Made by a program: the position numbers and the translations under genes. DNA of 64,000 bases. Source: Octopus sinensis (lineage: Eukaryota). Location: NCBI RefSeq assembly GCF_006345805.1, contig NC_043007.1, positions 9,858,001 to 9,922,000 on the forward strand. The letters run 5' to 3'. Positions 24,423 through 37,420 of this stretch are shown in pieces. Below the pieces are notes generated by a model. That model was given only the letters and a program-made list of their open reading frames with translations, was not told where the DNA came from and ran no database searches. How positions within the stretch are numbered: the first letter of the stretch is position 1; each line of letters starts with the position of its first letter.

Positions 24423-24521
24423 GTTGTTGTTATTATTATTAACCTTTTATTATCATTATTATTATTATTAATCTTTTTCATTTGACATAAAATGCGCATT
24501 CATACAACTATGGCAAAATAC
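24200..24521. repeat. (TAA/TTA/TTG)n tract with a 49-bp inverted repeat (24307-24355 vs 24473-24521)
   Basis: gtattttgccatagttgtatgaatgcgcattttatgtcaaatgaaaaag and its exact reverse complement. Confidence 0.9.
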
Positions 24522-24524
24522 ATG

Positions 24525-25900
24525 GACGTTACGAATATGAGAGCAGATGGAAGTGTCTTGTCGTCCATTTTAAAGCGTATTTCTTCACCATTTCTTGGAT
24601 GACCTTCTGGAGAAAATAAGCACGGTCAGGTTCCTCATAGGTTTCCTCGGCAGTCTTAATTGTCTGTGAATCTTGACATGATCAAAATCTCTGCTTGGAT
24701 AATAGAGGCGAATCTGGCTCTAACAACATTGTTTCTTCTCTCGTTTAGCAATACAACTATGTACAAATGTCATTGTTGTCGACAAAAGAAACGCTAATTT
24801 TATTCATTTCAGAATATTGTCAACTGCTTCAAGGTCGGTGACGTCTTACCCCATGATAGTGACGTTATCCGTATATGCCGTCGCAGCTCTCATGGATCCC
24901 CGTTCAAAAGAAATACCCCTCAACAGTTCCAGCTTTTGTAGCAATAGCTCAAAAGCCAGAAGAGACAAGAAGGGAAACTCCAGACGGATCAAGCGTGCGA
25001 TTCAAAGCGATCGTTATTTTGCTTCTCTTATAGCTGTTTCAGTTACGATTGCTTTTTACGCTTTTGTTGTTTATGTCGCTTTCGACGCAGGCTCGGGTAG
25101 AGTGTGAACTTTCTTTCTGTTCCGCTTTGTTGTTAGACAAAAATGGTCTTCAAGTGGTTGGTTATACCACATATGTAACTCCTAGGGGAGGCGCAATGGC
25201 CCAGTGGTTAGGGCAGCGGACTCGCGGTCATAGGATCGCGGTTTCGATACCCATACCGGGCGTTGTGAGTGTTTATTGAGCGAAAACACCTAAAGCTCCA
25301 CGAGGCTCCGGCAGGGGATGGTGGCGAACCCTGCTGTACTCTTTCACCGCAACTTTCTCTCACTCTTACTTCCTGTTTCTGTTGTACCTGTATTTCAAAG
25401 GGCCAGCCTTGTCACACCCTGTATCACGCTGAATATCCCCCGAGAACTACGTTAAGGGTACGCGTGTCTGTGGAGTTCTCAGCCACTTGCACGTTAATTT
25501 CACGAGCAAGCTGTTCCGTTGATCGGATCAACTGGAACCCTCGTTGTCGTAAGCGACGGAGTGCCAACAAAAAAAAAAAGTAACTCCTAGGTTTTTGATT
25601 TTCCACTATAACACGAAGCTGGTGCCAATTTCGGATTTCTGTCAGATATGGAATTTCGTTCAGGCTTTCTGGTTGAACAAGGGTAAGGACAGCCAACCGA
25701 ATTCCGAAACAACTTTGCTGGTGGTACTTGTTAGTTTCTAAAAGGGAATTGGCTCGCTCTAGAACAAAGGTACGACTTCATCTACTGTATATCCAATTCT
25801 GGTACTACCAATGAGGCTTTTCTGTTGTCTATCTCGACACATCTGTAATCTCTTGCATTCGTCTTAAGTTGGTTTTCTCTTCTCGCATACATATTTCTTC
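24525..25900 (-). pseudogene. Second, heavily deleted Tx1-type relic (ORF1 zinc knuckle close to RT YADD region), interrupted by SINE-R
   Basis: LRVIVENQKPRS-YICGITNHL knuckle-like segment; LELLRGISFERGSMRAATAYTDNVTIM aligns with LEQLKGIPFELRLGRAVYAYADDVNVM at about 17760-17820. Confidence 0.65.
25187..25579 (+). mobile_element. SINE-R full length with 12-bp TSD and A-tail
   Basis: TSD gtaactcctagg at 25175-25186 and 25580-25591. Confidence 0.93.
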
Positions 25901-25984
25901 CTTTTTTGTGAGTGTAGTTCCCGCAAAATAACTGAGCATCGTTATTATTATTATAATTATTATTATTATCATTATTTATTATTA

Positions 25985-26050
<66 letters not shown>

Positions 26051-26054
<4 letters not shown>

Positions 26055-26608
26055 TAGTTTTATTTTTATAGCGTGCTTTCACTTCACTATCGAGCGCAGC
26101 TCTGTGTGCCTTAGAGGTATGTGCTGTGATTTGTTGTGATGCTCTGATGGTTATTGTATGGAAAGTGTTCTGCGTAGGATGTGTGCAGTGCCTAGTAGTG
26201 CAATTTTCTGTATGTTATATGTGTTTGTAAGTCATGGTGTTTTTGTTATGTATTTGTCTGAATATTTTTTTATTATGCCTAATGCACCTACTATGATAGG
26301 AATTGTTTCTGTTTTTAGATTCCACATTCTGGTTACCTCTATTTCCAGGTCTTTGTATTTTGAGAGTTTCTCCATTTCTTTTAGAGACACGTTGTCATCT
26401 GCCGGTATTGATACATCAATTAGAAAGCATATTTTTTTCTTCATGATCTCTGACAACTATATCTGGTCTGTTGGCCTTAATTTCTCTATCTGTGTGTATC
26501 GGCATATCCCAGAGTATGGTTGCTTTCTCGTTTTCTGTGACCTTTTCTGGTGTGTGCCTATACCATCTTTTTTCTGTTGTTATTCCATAATGTTGGCATA
26601 GCTTCCAA

Positions 26609-26610
<2 letters not shown>
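26051..26610 (-). mobile_element. Dong/R4-type LINE 3' end (subfamily a) inside (TTA)n
   Basis: WKLCQHYG..WYRHTPEKV..RPDIVV..LIDVSIP..KYKDLEIEV..IPIIVGALG..GTAHILR; (TAA)n on both sides. Confidence 0.92.
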
Positions 26611-26629
<19 letters not shown>

Positions 26630-26646
<17 letters not shown>

Positions 26647-26880
26647 TATAATTAGTAGTAGTAGTAGTAGTAGTAGTGTTATTTGTGAAATTGCTTCTGG
26701 TGTTCTTGCTAGTGGACCCGAGTTTCAAAATGAACGAGGCGGTAATGGTGATGGTTGTTGATGCTGTTGATGGTGATGGTAGTGGTGGTGGTGGTAGTAG
26801 CGGCGGTGGCACTGGCGGCGGCACTGCCGGTGGCGGTGGTGACGGTAGCAGTGGCGGCAGTGGTGGTGGTTGGTAGAAGA
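26630..26880. repeat. (TAG)n/(GGT/GGC)n trinucleotide low-complexity tract
   Basis: Visible arrays. Confidence 0.85.
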
Positions 26881-27546
26881 GGTATCATTTTATGCTAGTG
26901 TTGTTGCTTTTTTTACCCTCTTTGGAACCAGGCAAGGTTGCAAAAGTCTTCACCAATACTCCTTTGTGATATCAAACATTTTTTCTCTGCTGCTGCTGCT
27001 GCTGCTGCTTGTGTTTTTCTTGTTAAATCTTCTTCGGTACGTGTCAAACGTATCGAAGCAAAATACAGCATTTTTTTTTTTTTTTTTTTACCTCTGATAT
27101 CGAGTATCGTTGCCATAACAACAGCAAGCCTGTTGCTACCAACAGAGACACCAGGCAAAGTCATTTCACCACCTTTCTCTCTCTCTCTCTCTCTCTCTCT
27201 CCTTTATTTTTATAGCACTCTCAGTCACCCTCTCTTTGTCATATTTCTCTCCAATGAACATTATTACTCATTCACGCTGAACCACATTTTCTTTTTCTCA
27301 AGAAAATTATAGACTCGCAAATACAATATTCAAAAATCTGACCATCCTCGGGGGGAAACAGAAAACCTCACCAAACAAAAGTGGGGCAGTTTTTTTTGTT
27401 TTTTTTGCGTAGGGGACAAAAATGCTAGTAAATATACACAACCCAGATCGGGTGAAACCTAGAAATTTCAGAAATTCTACGAAGCCGAGATTGAGTGTCG
27501 CTTCCCGTCAATGTCCAATAACATCAACAGCAACAGCAGCAGCAGC

Positions 27547-27586
<40 letters not shown>

Positions 27587-27614
27587 GCAGCAGCAGCAGC
27601 GAAATAATAATAAT

Positions 27615-27887
27615 TCTTTCTACTATAGGCACAACGCCTGAAATTTTGGTGGGGGGTGGGTGGCCAGTCGAGCAGACAGATCCCCAGTACGCAACTGGTA
27701 CTTAATCTATCGAACCCGTAAAGATGAAAGGTAAAGTCGATCTCGGCGGAATTTGAACTCAAACCTGGCGACGGGCGAAGGCATTTCGCCCGGTGTGCTG
27801 ACGATTCTGCCAGCTCGTCGCTCTAATAATAATAATAACAACAACAACAACAACAACAACAATAATAATAATAATAATAATAAATAT

Positions 27888-27946
<59 letters not shown>

Positions 27947-28215
27947 TAGCAACAATAATAATAATAACAACAACAACAACGATAACAACAACAACAATAA
28001 TAATGATAATAGTCCTTTCTACTATAGGCACAAGGCCTGAAATTTTTGGGGAAAGAGCCAGTCGATTAAATCGACCCCAGTAAGCAACTAGTACTTAATT
28101 TATCGACCCCGAAAGGATGAAAAGAAAAGTCGACCTCGGCAGAATTTAAACCGAGAACGTGAAAACGGGCGCAATGCCGCTAAACATTTTTTTGCCCGGC
28201 GTGCTAACAATTCTA
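27615..28215 (-). mobile_element. Two SINE-A2 copies (about 27615-27815 and 28010-28215) separated by (AAT/AAC)n
   Basis: ctttctactataggcacaa..cctgaaattttg tail plus gaaaggtaaagtcga.ctcggcgga body. Confidence 0.8.
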
Positions 28216-28223
28216 CAAGCTTG

Positions 28224-29200
28224 TCAGGCAATAGCTCTCATTCTGATTTTAACTGTTTGAAAGTATTGACATGCACGTTTTGTCTTGGTGTAAAATATGG
28301 TTGCAACAAATATTCTGCTCAATACCACAGATCTACTTATCAGTTGCTTGACCTTAACCAGTCGATCATGACCCTTAATGGCTGATGATATGTGCATCAA
28401 TACCACAGATCTGCTAAGCAGTTGCTTGACCATTACCCGTTGATCATGTCCCTTAGTGGCTGATGATATGTGCATTTCTGATCACGAGCAGGAGTAATGA
28501 GGGAACATCATAGCCATGTGTTGAGAGGAATTCTGGGGTTTGAATTATTCAACTCAGGACGCATGGGTATTTTGGTCATCATCCTTAAGGAATACTTATT
28601 CATGGATGTTTTAAGCAGGATGGGTTACTCGACCTGAAGAAAAAATTCTAACTGGGCCCCACCTGCAAGTCATGCACTGTTTATTTTGATATGAGATCTG
28701 TTTTTTTATTACCCACAAGGGGCTAAACATAGAAGGGACAAACAAGGACAGACAAACGGATTAAATCGATTGCATCGACCCCAGTTCGTAACTGGTACTT
28801 AATTTATCGACCCCGAAAGGATGAAAGGCAAAGTGGACCTCGGCGGAATTTGAACTCAGAACGTAACGGCAGACGAAATACGGCTACGCATTTCGCCCGG
28901 CGTGCTAACGGTTCTGCCAGCTCGCCGCCTTCACAGATGTCACGCAGTGGGACAGAACCCGGAACCATGTGGTGAAGATACAAGCTTCTTACCACACAGC
29001 CACGCCTGCGCTTATTTATTTTGATATGGGATCACCACATCGTACACATATGGTTGTAATGCTTGTGCCTTGTGTACCCTCATCAGACGGGTAGTCTTGA
29101 TCGGTATGTTGGACTTCGTATATTTGTGTCCTAGGGTTATTTTAATGGCACTCGCTGCCCTTTCATTCAATGCGTGGGGCGTATGGATTGGATAGAGCAA
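28224..29200. repeat. Unclassified dispersed element E with a 78-bp internal tandem duplication, interrupted by SINE-A1 and a SINE-B head
   Basis: Homologous to 46876-47305; duplication 28320-28397 and 28398-28475; ttattttgatatg.gatc flanks the SINE insert (about 28681-28698 and 29016-29033). Confidence 0.65.
28702..28931 (-). mobile_element. SINE-A1
   Basis: Complete head and A1 tail on the minus strand. Confidence 0.88.
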
Positions 29201-29329
29201 AAATGTGATATGGGTAAATAAATGACAAAAAGGGAAAGATACTTTGGGATGTAAGGATCCATGAAATTAAACACTGAGAGTCGGATATAGTGGTTGTGAA
29301 TAAAGAGGTGAAAAAAAACCTGTTTAATC

Positions 29330-29907
29330 ATTATATTGTGATTGAGAAAAACAGAAGATACACGACGCGCTCTTTGCCATTTCCTTTACTTTCTCTCACT
29401 CCCGCTCAGTCAGGGCTATTACTCTCACTACTCCTCCTTCACTGAATTACTATTTTCTCCCCTCTGCCTTCACTTATACTACTTTCTCCTACTCCGTCCA
29501 GCGTGATTTTGGACACACACGCGCGCGCGCACGCACACGCACACACACACACATGCCCTGGTAATGACAAAATATTGGAAAAAGAAGGAGAAGCAGGCCA
29601 GATATGATGATTTGAAGTGGAAGATAAAAAGACTGCAGTCATTGAAGATGGAGAGAGTTGTACTTGTTGCTGTTGGATCCCTGGGTGCTACTATAAGTGT
29701 GAAGCTCACAAACTGGATTTGAAAAGATACGAACAAATGTGAAGACAGAGCATTTACAGGAAATGGTGTCGCTTGGAACTGCAAGAATCCGTCGCAGAGT
29801 TCTGGAAATCTTAATGAAGTGTAATTCCTTTGGCCATTGGTTGTGGACAGCAAATACTTTGTTACATTTCTCAGCGAAATTGCTGTGTTAAACAACAACA
29901 ACTACAA

Positions 29908-30004
<97 letters not shown>

Positions 30005-30241
30005 TTTTTTAGACGTTCACTAGTACAACAAAAAAAACAAATATATGGCACACTAGGCATAACAACAACATGAACTTCCAACCTGTTGTCTCTTGAGGTC
30101 TCTGGGTGAGACTTGGAGCCAACTTGTACAAATATAAAGCAAAAGTCAAACATAGAATAATAATGATAATAATAATAATAATAATCACCTAATATAATAA
30201 TGAGCGTAGTGTTTTTATATATTTGTGTGTATTTGTGTGTG

Positions 30242-30273
<32 letters not shown>

Positions 30274-30488
30274 GTGTGTGTGTGTGTGTGAGTGAGTGTG
30301 TCCAAAATCCCGTTGGACAGAGTAGGAGAAAGTAGTATAAGTGAAGGCAGAGGGGAGAAAATAGTAATTCAGTGAAGGAGGAGTAGTGAGAGTAATAGCC
30401 CAGACTGAGCGGGGAGTGAGAGAAAGTAAAGGAAATGGCAAAGAGTGCGTCGTGTATCTTCTGTTTTTTTCTCCATCACAACATAAGA
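29330..30488. repeat. About 190-bp inverted repeat pair (29330-29520 and 30297-30488) enclosing Dong fragments and microsatellites
   Basis: cagaagatacacgacgc..ctactttctcctactc..ttttggacacac and its reverse complement. Confidence 0.85.
29560..29880 (+). mobile_element. Old Dong/R4-type 3' end
   Basis: RYDDLKWKIKRL..VLVAVGSLG..HLQEMVSLGTARIRRRVL; followed by (AAC)(TAC)(TAA)n. Confidence 0.75.
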
Positions 30489-30985
30489 ATGAGAAAGGAA
30501 GGGGCTGATAGATGAATAACGAAGGAAAGCGTGAAAAAAAAAATCAGCGTTTCAGCAATGTGTGAGTATATGTGTGTGTATGCAAAAGGGAGATATGTGA
30601 ACGTTTGTGTGTGTGTGTATGTGTGTGTGTGCAATGAAAATGGGATAGTTGAACGTTCAACGCTGAAAAGAAAAATCAAACAGCATTCCAACTCTGTGTG
30701 AGTATATGTGCGCATGTGTGTGCGTGTACAAGGGAAATATGTGAACATACGTGAACATTGACAAGTGTATTAATTTGACTTACCATCCATATCTTCTACT
30801 ATAATAATACTCTTGTGCATTTCTCCGTCACAACATATGAATGACAAAGGAAGGGGTGATGGCAAACTTGGTTGTGAAGGAAGTTCTATGATGAAAAAAC
30901 AAATAACGTTTCAACTATGCGTGAGTGTATGAGTGTGTGTATAAAAGGGGTCATGTGAATGTGTGTGTGTTTGTGTGTGTGTGTG

Positions 30986-31016
<31 letters not shown>

Positions 31017-31017
31017 A

Positions 31018-31048
<31 letters not shown>

Positions 31049-31170
31049 ATGTGTATGTGTGTGGGGTGCAATGGAAGTGAGGTGTTGAAAAGAAAATTCA
31101 AACAGCGTTTCAACCCTGTGAGTATATGTATGTATGTGTGTGCGTGTACAAGGGAAGTTATGCGAATGCT
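30475..31170 (+). repeat. Diverged tandem duplication, unit about 350 bp, containing (TG)n
   Basis: acaacata.gaatga.aaaggaagggg and gtgtgcgtgtacaaggga landmarks each occur twice. Confidence 0.7.
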
Positions 31171-31263
31171 TGTATGTGTGATTATTATGTACCTTATTTT
31201 GTACCTTATTTATATATAAAATACGACAATTAGCCGTCATTTTTGACGGCAAGGGGTCAATTA

Positions 31264-31297
<34 letters not shown>

Positions 31298-31298
<1 letters not shown>

Positions 31299-31690
31299 TT
31301 GACAGGATTAGTAAATATAAAGACCTGCTAATAGAAATTGAAAAAATGTGGCATCTCAAGGCGACTACAGTACCAGTGATTGTAGGATCTCTAGGAATGA
31401 TAAAAAAAAAGTACTGAAACCTATTTGAAAATGATTCCAGGCTTACCATCCCTACAGGAAGTGCAAAAAATCGTATTAACTGGAACGGCTCATGTACTGA
31501 GAAGAGCACTATCGCTGTGAAAATAACATCCACCCATGAATTTATTTATTAATTTTTAAATACATATTTTACCTGGGAATTTTCACGTGTAATCTGGGAA
31601 TGCATACAATGCCCTTCTCTGCCCTAAGTGTATGGAAAACACTCGGCGAGAAACGGAAGAAAATTTGAAGAAAGAAGAAAAAACATAATA
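31298..31690 (+). mobile_element. Dong/R4-type 3' end (subfamily c) between (TAA)n tracts
   Basis: ISKYKDLLIEIEKMWHLK..VPVIVGSLGMI..QEVQKIVLTGTAHVLRRALSL*. Confidence 0.88.
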
Positions 31691-31709
31691 ATAATAATGA
31701 TAATAATAA

Positions 31710-32098
31710 TACCTGTTGTCATAGGTATTAAACAATACCTGTTGTCATAGGTGCCCTGGGAATGATAGCGAAAGGGGCTGATTGCTACCTAACTCAGATA
31801 CCAGGAAACCCCAAAATGGCAGAAATTCAAAAGATAGTGCTCATGGGAACTGCTCATATCCTACGCAAAATACTCTCTATGTAATCCCAAGGTTTAAAAC
31901 AAACTTTTTTTTAAAATTTATGTATTAGACATTCACTAGTACAACACCAAAAAAAAAAACCCAAATATATGGCACACTAGGCATAACAACAACGTGAACT
32001 TCCAACATGTTGTCTCTTGAGGTCTCTGGGTGAGACTTGGAGCCAACTTGTACAAATATAAAGCAAAAGTCAAACATAGAATAATAATAATAATAATA
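31710..32098 (+). mobile_element. Dong/R4-type 3' end (subfamily b) with 3' UTR and (TAA)n tail; the same UTR occurs at about 30010-30175 and 47426-47690
   Basis: PVVIGALGMI..IQKIVLMGTAHILRKILSM*; UTR cactagtacaac..gagacttggagccaacttgtacaaa. Confidence 0.88.
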
Positions 32099-32099
32099 A

Positions 32100-33419
32100 A
32101 CAGAACGTTAAGAACCATAGTGGCACAGACGAATTTGTGAGAAACGAACAAAGTTAAAAAGATATTTAGGACAAGTTGATAGATTGAGAAGAGGGGAACT
32201 GCAGAACGAAAGCATAAGAATAATGTTGGAAAGATATAGAATAAGAGATAAAGGTAATGATGTGATATTGGAAGAATTGAAACAAAGAGTAGTAGCAATC
32301 AAAGCAAAACTGGAAAGATTTGGTAATAGAAAAAGACCGAAGGAGAGGGGCTTTCTCCGTCCGGGTTGCGGATCCGTGGAATAAGCTGCCGGACGAGATG
32401 GTGAAGATGCCGACGACCGCTCGGTTCAAAGTCTCCCTTGACCACAAGTGGCCTGAACTCTTTACATGAACACCACCCTGTACATAACTCCATGTCCCCC
32501 TACATGGCCTTGCTTTTGGCGTTTTGAGCCAAAAAATTAACTAACTAACTAACTAAGACAGTTCAGACAAAACAGGTTCAGGCAAAACAGTTCAGGCAAA
32601 ACATAAGAAACTCTTTCAGGAACTAGATGGGAAAATACACGTAACAATGATACCAGATGCAGAGGAAAGCAAGGCATTCTGGAGAGGGATCTGGGACCAA
32701 CCTGTAGAGAATAATGAAGCGAAGTGGCTGCATGAGATCTAAGATAGGTTAAGAAATATAGAAGTCCAAGAAGACATAAAGATAACTACAGAAATGATAA
32801 CAAAGCAGCTTTAAAAATTCCCAAATTCCAAGAGCCTAGGACCAGATGGGGTCCAACGGTATTGGAGGAAGAAGCTGAGAGGGCTCCAGGAAAGGACAGC
32901 ACAACAACTAGATGAGTGCTTGCAGGAAGGTACAGTACCTAGCTGGATGACAAAGGGAAAGGCGTTGTTATGTGCCCTCAAAAGGGAAATGTTGTAGCCA
33001 TCTTTAAAACCAATAACATGCCTTCCCCTAATGTGGAAACTAATATCAGGTGCTTTGGCCGGTGAACTGTACAAATACTTGGGAAAATGCGAGCTGCTAC
33101 CCATTGAACAGAAAGGGTGTCCAAAAAGGAGCCGGGGAACGAAGGATCAACTCCTAATTGATAATTGATAATGCAAAAGAAGACATACAAACCTGAGCAT
33201 GGCATGGGTTGACTATCGCAAAGTATACGATATGATTCCATACTCCTGGATAATAAGAACAATGAAAATGTATGGAGTAGCAGAGAATAGGAGAAGCCTT
33301 ATATGGAATTGCATGAAATACTGGAGAATGGAATTGACAGCAGGGAAGCAAGTACTAGGAGACGTGAAAATCAAGAGAGGAATCTTTCAGTGGGGACAGT
33401 GTATCTCCACTGATCTTTG
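32100..33419 (+). pseudogene. Dong/R4-type RT N-terminal to central region, frameshifted
   Basis: [75 protein letters not shown]. Confidence 0.9.
32338..32554 (+). mobile_element. CR1-type LINE 3' end with (CTAA)n tail inserted in the Dong RT
   Basis: FSVRVADPWNKLPDEMV..FKVSLD motif; candidate TSD aagac at 32333-32337 and 32555-32559. Confidence 0.8.
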
Positions 33420-33722
33420 TGGAAGCACATGGCCTAGTGGTTAGAGCAGCGGACTCGCGGTCGAGAGATCGCGGGTTCGAATCTCAGACCGGGCGATGTG
33501 TGTGTTTATGAGCGAAACACCTAAGCTCCACGCGGCTCCGGCGGAAGGTAACGGCGGACCTCTGCTGACTCTTTCGCCACAACTTTCTCTCAGTCTTTCC
33601 TCCCGCATCTAGCAGCTCACCTGCGACAGACCGGCGTCCCGTTCAGGTGGGGAACCTATACGCCCAATGAAACCGGGAAAACCGGCCCTTATGAGCCAGG
33701 TAGGGCTCGAGAAGGAAGGAAC
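33420..33722 (+). mobile_element. SINE-R2 type, truncating the Dong RT
   Basis: tggcctagtggttagagcagcggactcgcggtc..gggttcgaatc head; tail related to 14116-14250. Confidence 0.82.
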
Positions 33723-34038
33723 TACACTGATGTTTGTGCTGGGAACGATCCCTTCGAGTGAACAACAACAACAACAACAACAAAAACAACAAAAACAACA
33801 ACATCAACAACAATAATTTCTGTATTCGCCCCAAGGATTTAAATACACATTTACTAGTGTATACAAGTGATCAGTATACGAAAGTATTGCGCTCTTTAAA
33901 CACGACAAAAATAATTATACCGTTCAGCTCTGTTGAATCTCTAGGAGAACCATTAAAACCGGAATGACTGCAAATAATTTCATCATAGAAGATTATAGGT
34001 GGTGGCGGTGGGACATGAACATAGATCATACAAGTTTA

Positions 34039-34076
<38 letters not shown>

Positions 34077-34169
34077 AATCATTGTTTTCGATACGTGTGA
34101 TGGATACATTGCTCAATCAAGTCTCGCAAATTTTCGACGATTTCAGTTGAAGATGGAGAGGCGTTTGCG

Positions 34170-34394
34170 GGGCTGTTGGTGGTAGCGGTGGCAACGTCAG
34201 CGGTGGTGGTGGTGGTGGTGGTGATGGCAACGACGGCGGCGGCGGTGATGGTAGTGACGATGATGATGATGATGATCATGATCATGAATATGATCATGAT
34301 GAAGACGACAATAATGACAATGATAACAGACATGTTGGTGCTGAGAATAATGATGCAGCCGTTGCTGCTGCTTCTGAAATTGCAACAAATGGTA

Positions 34395-34446
<52 letters not shown>

Positions 34447-34450
34447 CGAC

Positions 34451-34487
<37 letters not shown>

Positions 34488-34490
34488 GTC

Positions 34491-34523
<33 letters not shown>

Positions 34524-34770
34524 GTCATGATGGCGATGATGATGGTGATGATGATGATAACGACGACAAAGACGTCGACGACGAGGACAAAATGATAGCA
34601 ATCACGTTGGTGCTGATATAAAAGATGTTTCTGGAATTGCACCAACTGATGATGATGATGATGATGATGAGGATGAGGATGATGACGACGACGACGGCGG
34701 CGGCGGCGGCGGCGGTGGCGGTGGCGGTGGCGGTGGTTGTGGTGGTGATGATGATGGTGATAATGATGAT
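34170..34770. repeat. Compound (GGT/GGC/GAT/GAC)n trinucleotide tract
   Basis: Visible arrays; poly-His, poly-Met and poly-Ile ORFs occur in several frames. Confidence 0.93.
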
Positions 34771-36094
34771 AGAGAAGATACAAAATCCTGAATTTCCAGC
34801 TGCCAAATTAGAAAGCTTTTATCAGGTTGTTCGTGCTTGAACGTCAACCGAAAGCATCCATTGACGACAGTTGCTCGGAAATAACTCGATATCTTTATCA
34901 TAAACCGATAACATCAACTGTCTGTAACATTTTGCCAATAACTTAGTCACACGTAAAGCTCCAAGGTAGTGACAGTACAAAGAAGTCATCACTACTTATC
35001 TCCCTTGATCTTTATCGATTATTTATGGTCATGTGGTTAAGACCCTCGCTTTGCAACGACATGGTTTGCGGTTCAAACCCAGTGCGTGGCAACTTGGGAA
35101 ATAGTCTTATCCTATAGCCTGAGGCCGACCAATGTCTTCTGAGTGAGTTTGTTTGATGGAAACTGAGTTGAAGGCCAGCGCGCATGCGTGTAGCTATTAG
35201 CGACAGATACAGCCTTTTTAACGAATATTAATCAGCACATCCAACTTAACTTGAGTGTGCTGTTTTGAACGCCGTAGACTGCGGTAATCGTCCCGATGAA
35301 CCATCTTGTGTAGACGTTAGGTGCTATAATATGCACACATTATATCAGCAGACGAAAATTTCGTCACCACCGGCAGAAGGAACTATTGTATCATGTGAGT
35401 TCATCGTAATACTCGTGGCGAATCATCAGTGATGAGTATCCAAGAGAAAGCTTGCACAAAAGCATGAAGATACATAACGAGCGGAACAAAAGAAAAGAAA
35501 AGAAATGCCCCTCATCAGCTGTTAATCTATGAATATCCATGGTTTCGACGACTAAGTATAATACTCCTAACTCGTTATGTGCCAGGAACAGTCGGACACG
35601 GTCGTTAGTAATAGATACACTAAAGACGAGGCAGTGAGGAGGTGATGAATATATAGTTAAGTCATCGCATATTGATGAGAGAAAACACAATGAACAGAAA
35701 AAAGTGTATGCTTAAGCTAGGACACAAAACAGAAAAGTATTCGTCTTTTATAACCAAAGACAAAGCCAAATGGCGTAAGACAATAGTGCATATGTGTGAC
35801 GTTGGAAGAAGAAGAGAGTGTAAGATTAGGTTTTCTCTCGAATTGTTGGCCTTGAGTAAATGAGAATAACAATGGGCTGAGGAATTGGCACCAGAGCAGA
35901 AATGGGTAGAAGTTGCAAGCTGAGCGCGTAAGGAAACAGAATAAAAAGAATGAAAGTGGTGATTTAGTAGAGAAAGAAACTGAAAGAAAGAGTAAATAGA
36001 GTCAAATAATTTTTTTTTAAACATTGCAGTATGTTAGAAAACAATACTGTGTGTCGAGATAAAAAGAATGCGAGAAATTAAGCACAAATGAGAA

Positions 36095-36252
36095 CTGTGT
36101 GGTAAGTAGCTTGTTTACCAACCACATGGTTCCGGGTTCAGTCCCACTGCGTGGCACCTTGGGCAAGTGTCTTCTACTATAGCCTCGGGCCGACCAAAGC
36201 CTTGTGAGTGGATTTGGTAGACGGAAACTGAAAGAAGCCTGTCGTATATATG

Positions 36253-36283
<31 letters not shown>

Positions 36284-36491
36284 ATGTTTGTGTGTCTGTG
36301 TTTGTCCCCCTAGCATTGCTTGACAACCGATGCTGGTGTGTTTATGTCCCCGTCACTTAGCGGTTCGGCAAAAGAGACCGATAGAATAAGTACTGGGCTT
36401 ACAAAAGAATAAGTCCCGGGGTCGAGTTGCTCGATTAAAGGCGGTGCTCCAGCATGGCCGCAGTCAAATGACTGAAACAAGTAAAGAGTAA
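36095..36491 (+). mobile_element. SINE-B, near full length, young
   Basis: Nearly identical to 54797-55212 and 62581-62960. Confidence 0.9.
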
Positions 36492-36911
36492 ATATAACAT
36501 ACGAGAAAAGAGATACGAAAAATATCCTTGCAAAATACAGACATTAACATTAATTTAAGTGTAAAGTTTTAATCTTGTACGCATAGGTTTCATGTGACGT
36601 CGTACAATCGTCAACAAGGAAGAGGAAGATGAAGGAATTATTAATACAGCGGCCATAATTATACATTCGTTTTGGGTCGTTCCATATTGCAATATGGCGT
36701 GGGATGTTATTCTGTCATCTTTCGAATTCATTAACCTGCGAAGAATTATTTTTGAAAAAGATTTTGTTTCTTATCCCTACAAACAGTAAATATAAAACTA
36801 CTCTACTTACCAGGTTCAGTATATGTATATTGATATATACATGATACTCTATTGAGTGTAGGAACATGCTAAAAATATTTCTTAATATGTCTCTTAATAA
36901 AATATTATCTA

Positions 36912-37106
36912 GGCTCAGGAGTGGCTGTGTGGTAAGTAGCTTGCTTACCAACCGCATGATTCCGGGATCATTCCCACTGCGTGACACCTTGAGCAAGTCT
37001 CTTCTACTATAGCCTCGGGCCGACCAAAGCCTTGTGAGTGGATTTGGTAGACGGAAACTGAAAGAAGCCCGTCGTATATATGTATATGTATATATATATA
37101 TATTAT

Positions 37107-37203
<97 letters not shown>

Positions 37204-37420
37204 TGTACGTTGTGTGTCTGTGTTTGTCCCCCCAACATCGCTTGACAACCGATGCTGGCGTGTTTACGTCCCCGTAACTTAGCGGTTCGGCAAAAGAGAC
37301 CGATAGAATAAGTGCGAGGCTTCCAAAGAATAAGTCCTGGTGCCGATTTGCTCGACTATAGGCGGTGCTCCAGCATGGCCGCAGTCAAATTACTGGAACA
37401 AGTAAAAGAGTCAAAGAGTA
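36912..37420 (+). mobile_element. SINE-B full length with expanded (TA)(TG) linker
   Basis: Head and tail intact. Confidence 0.9.

Noticed and set aside
34079-34901. Poly-His, poly-Met and poly-Ile ORFs that look like metal-binding or membrane proteins
   Set aside because: Trinucleotide microsatellite read in alternative frames, with no unique coding context
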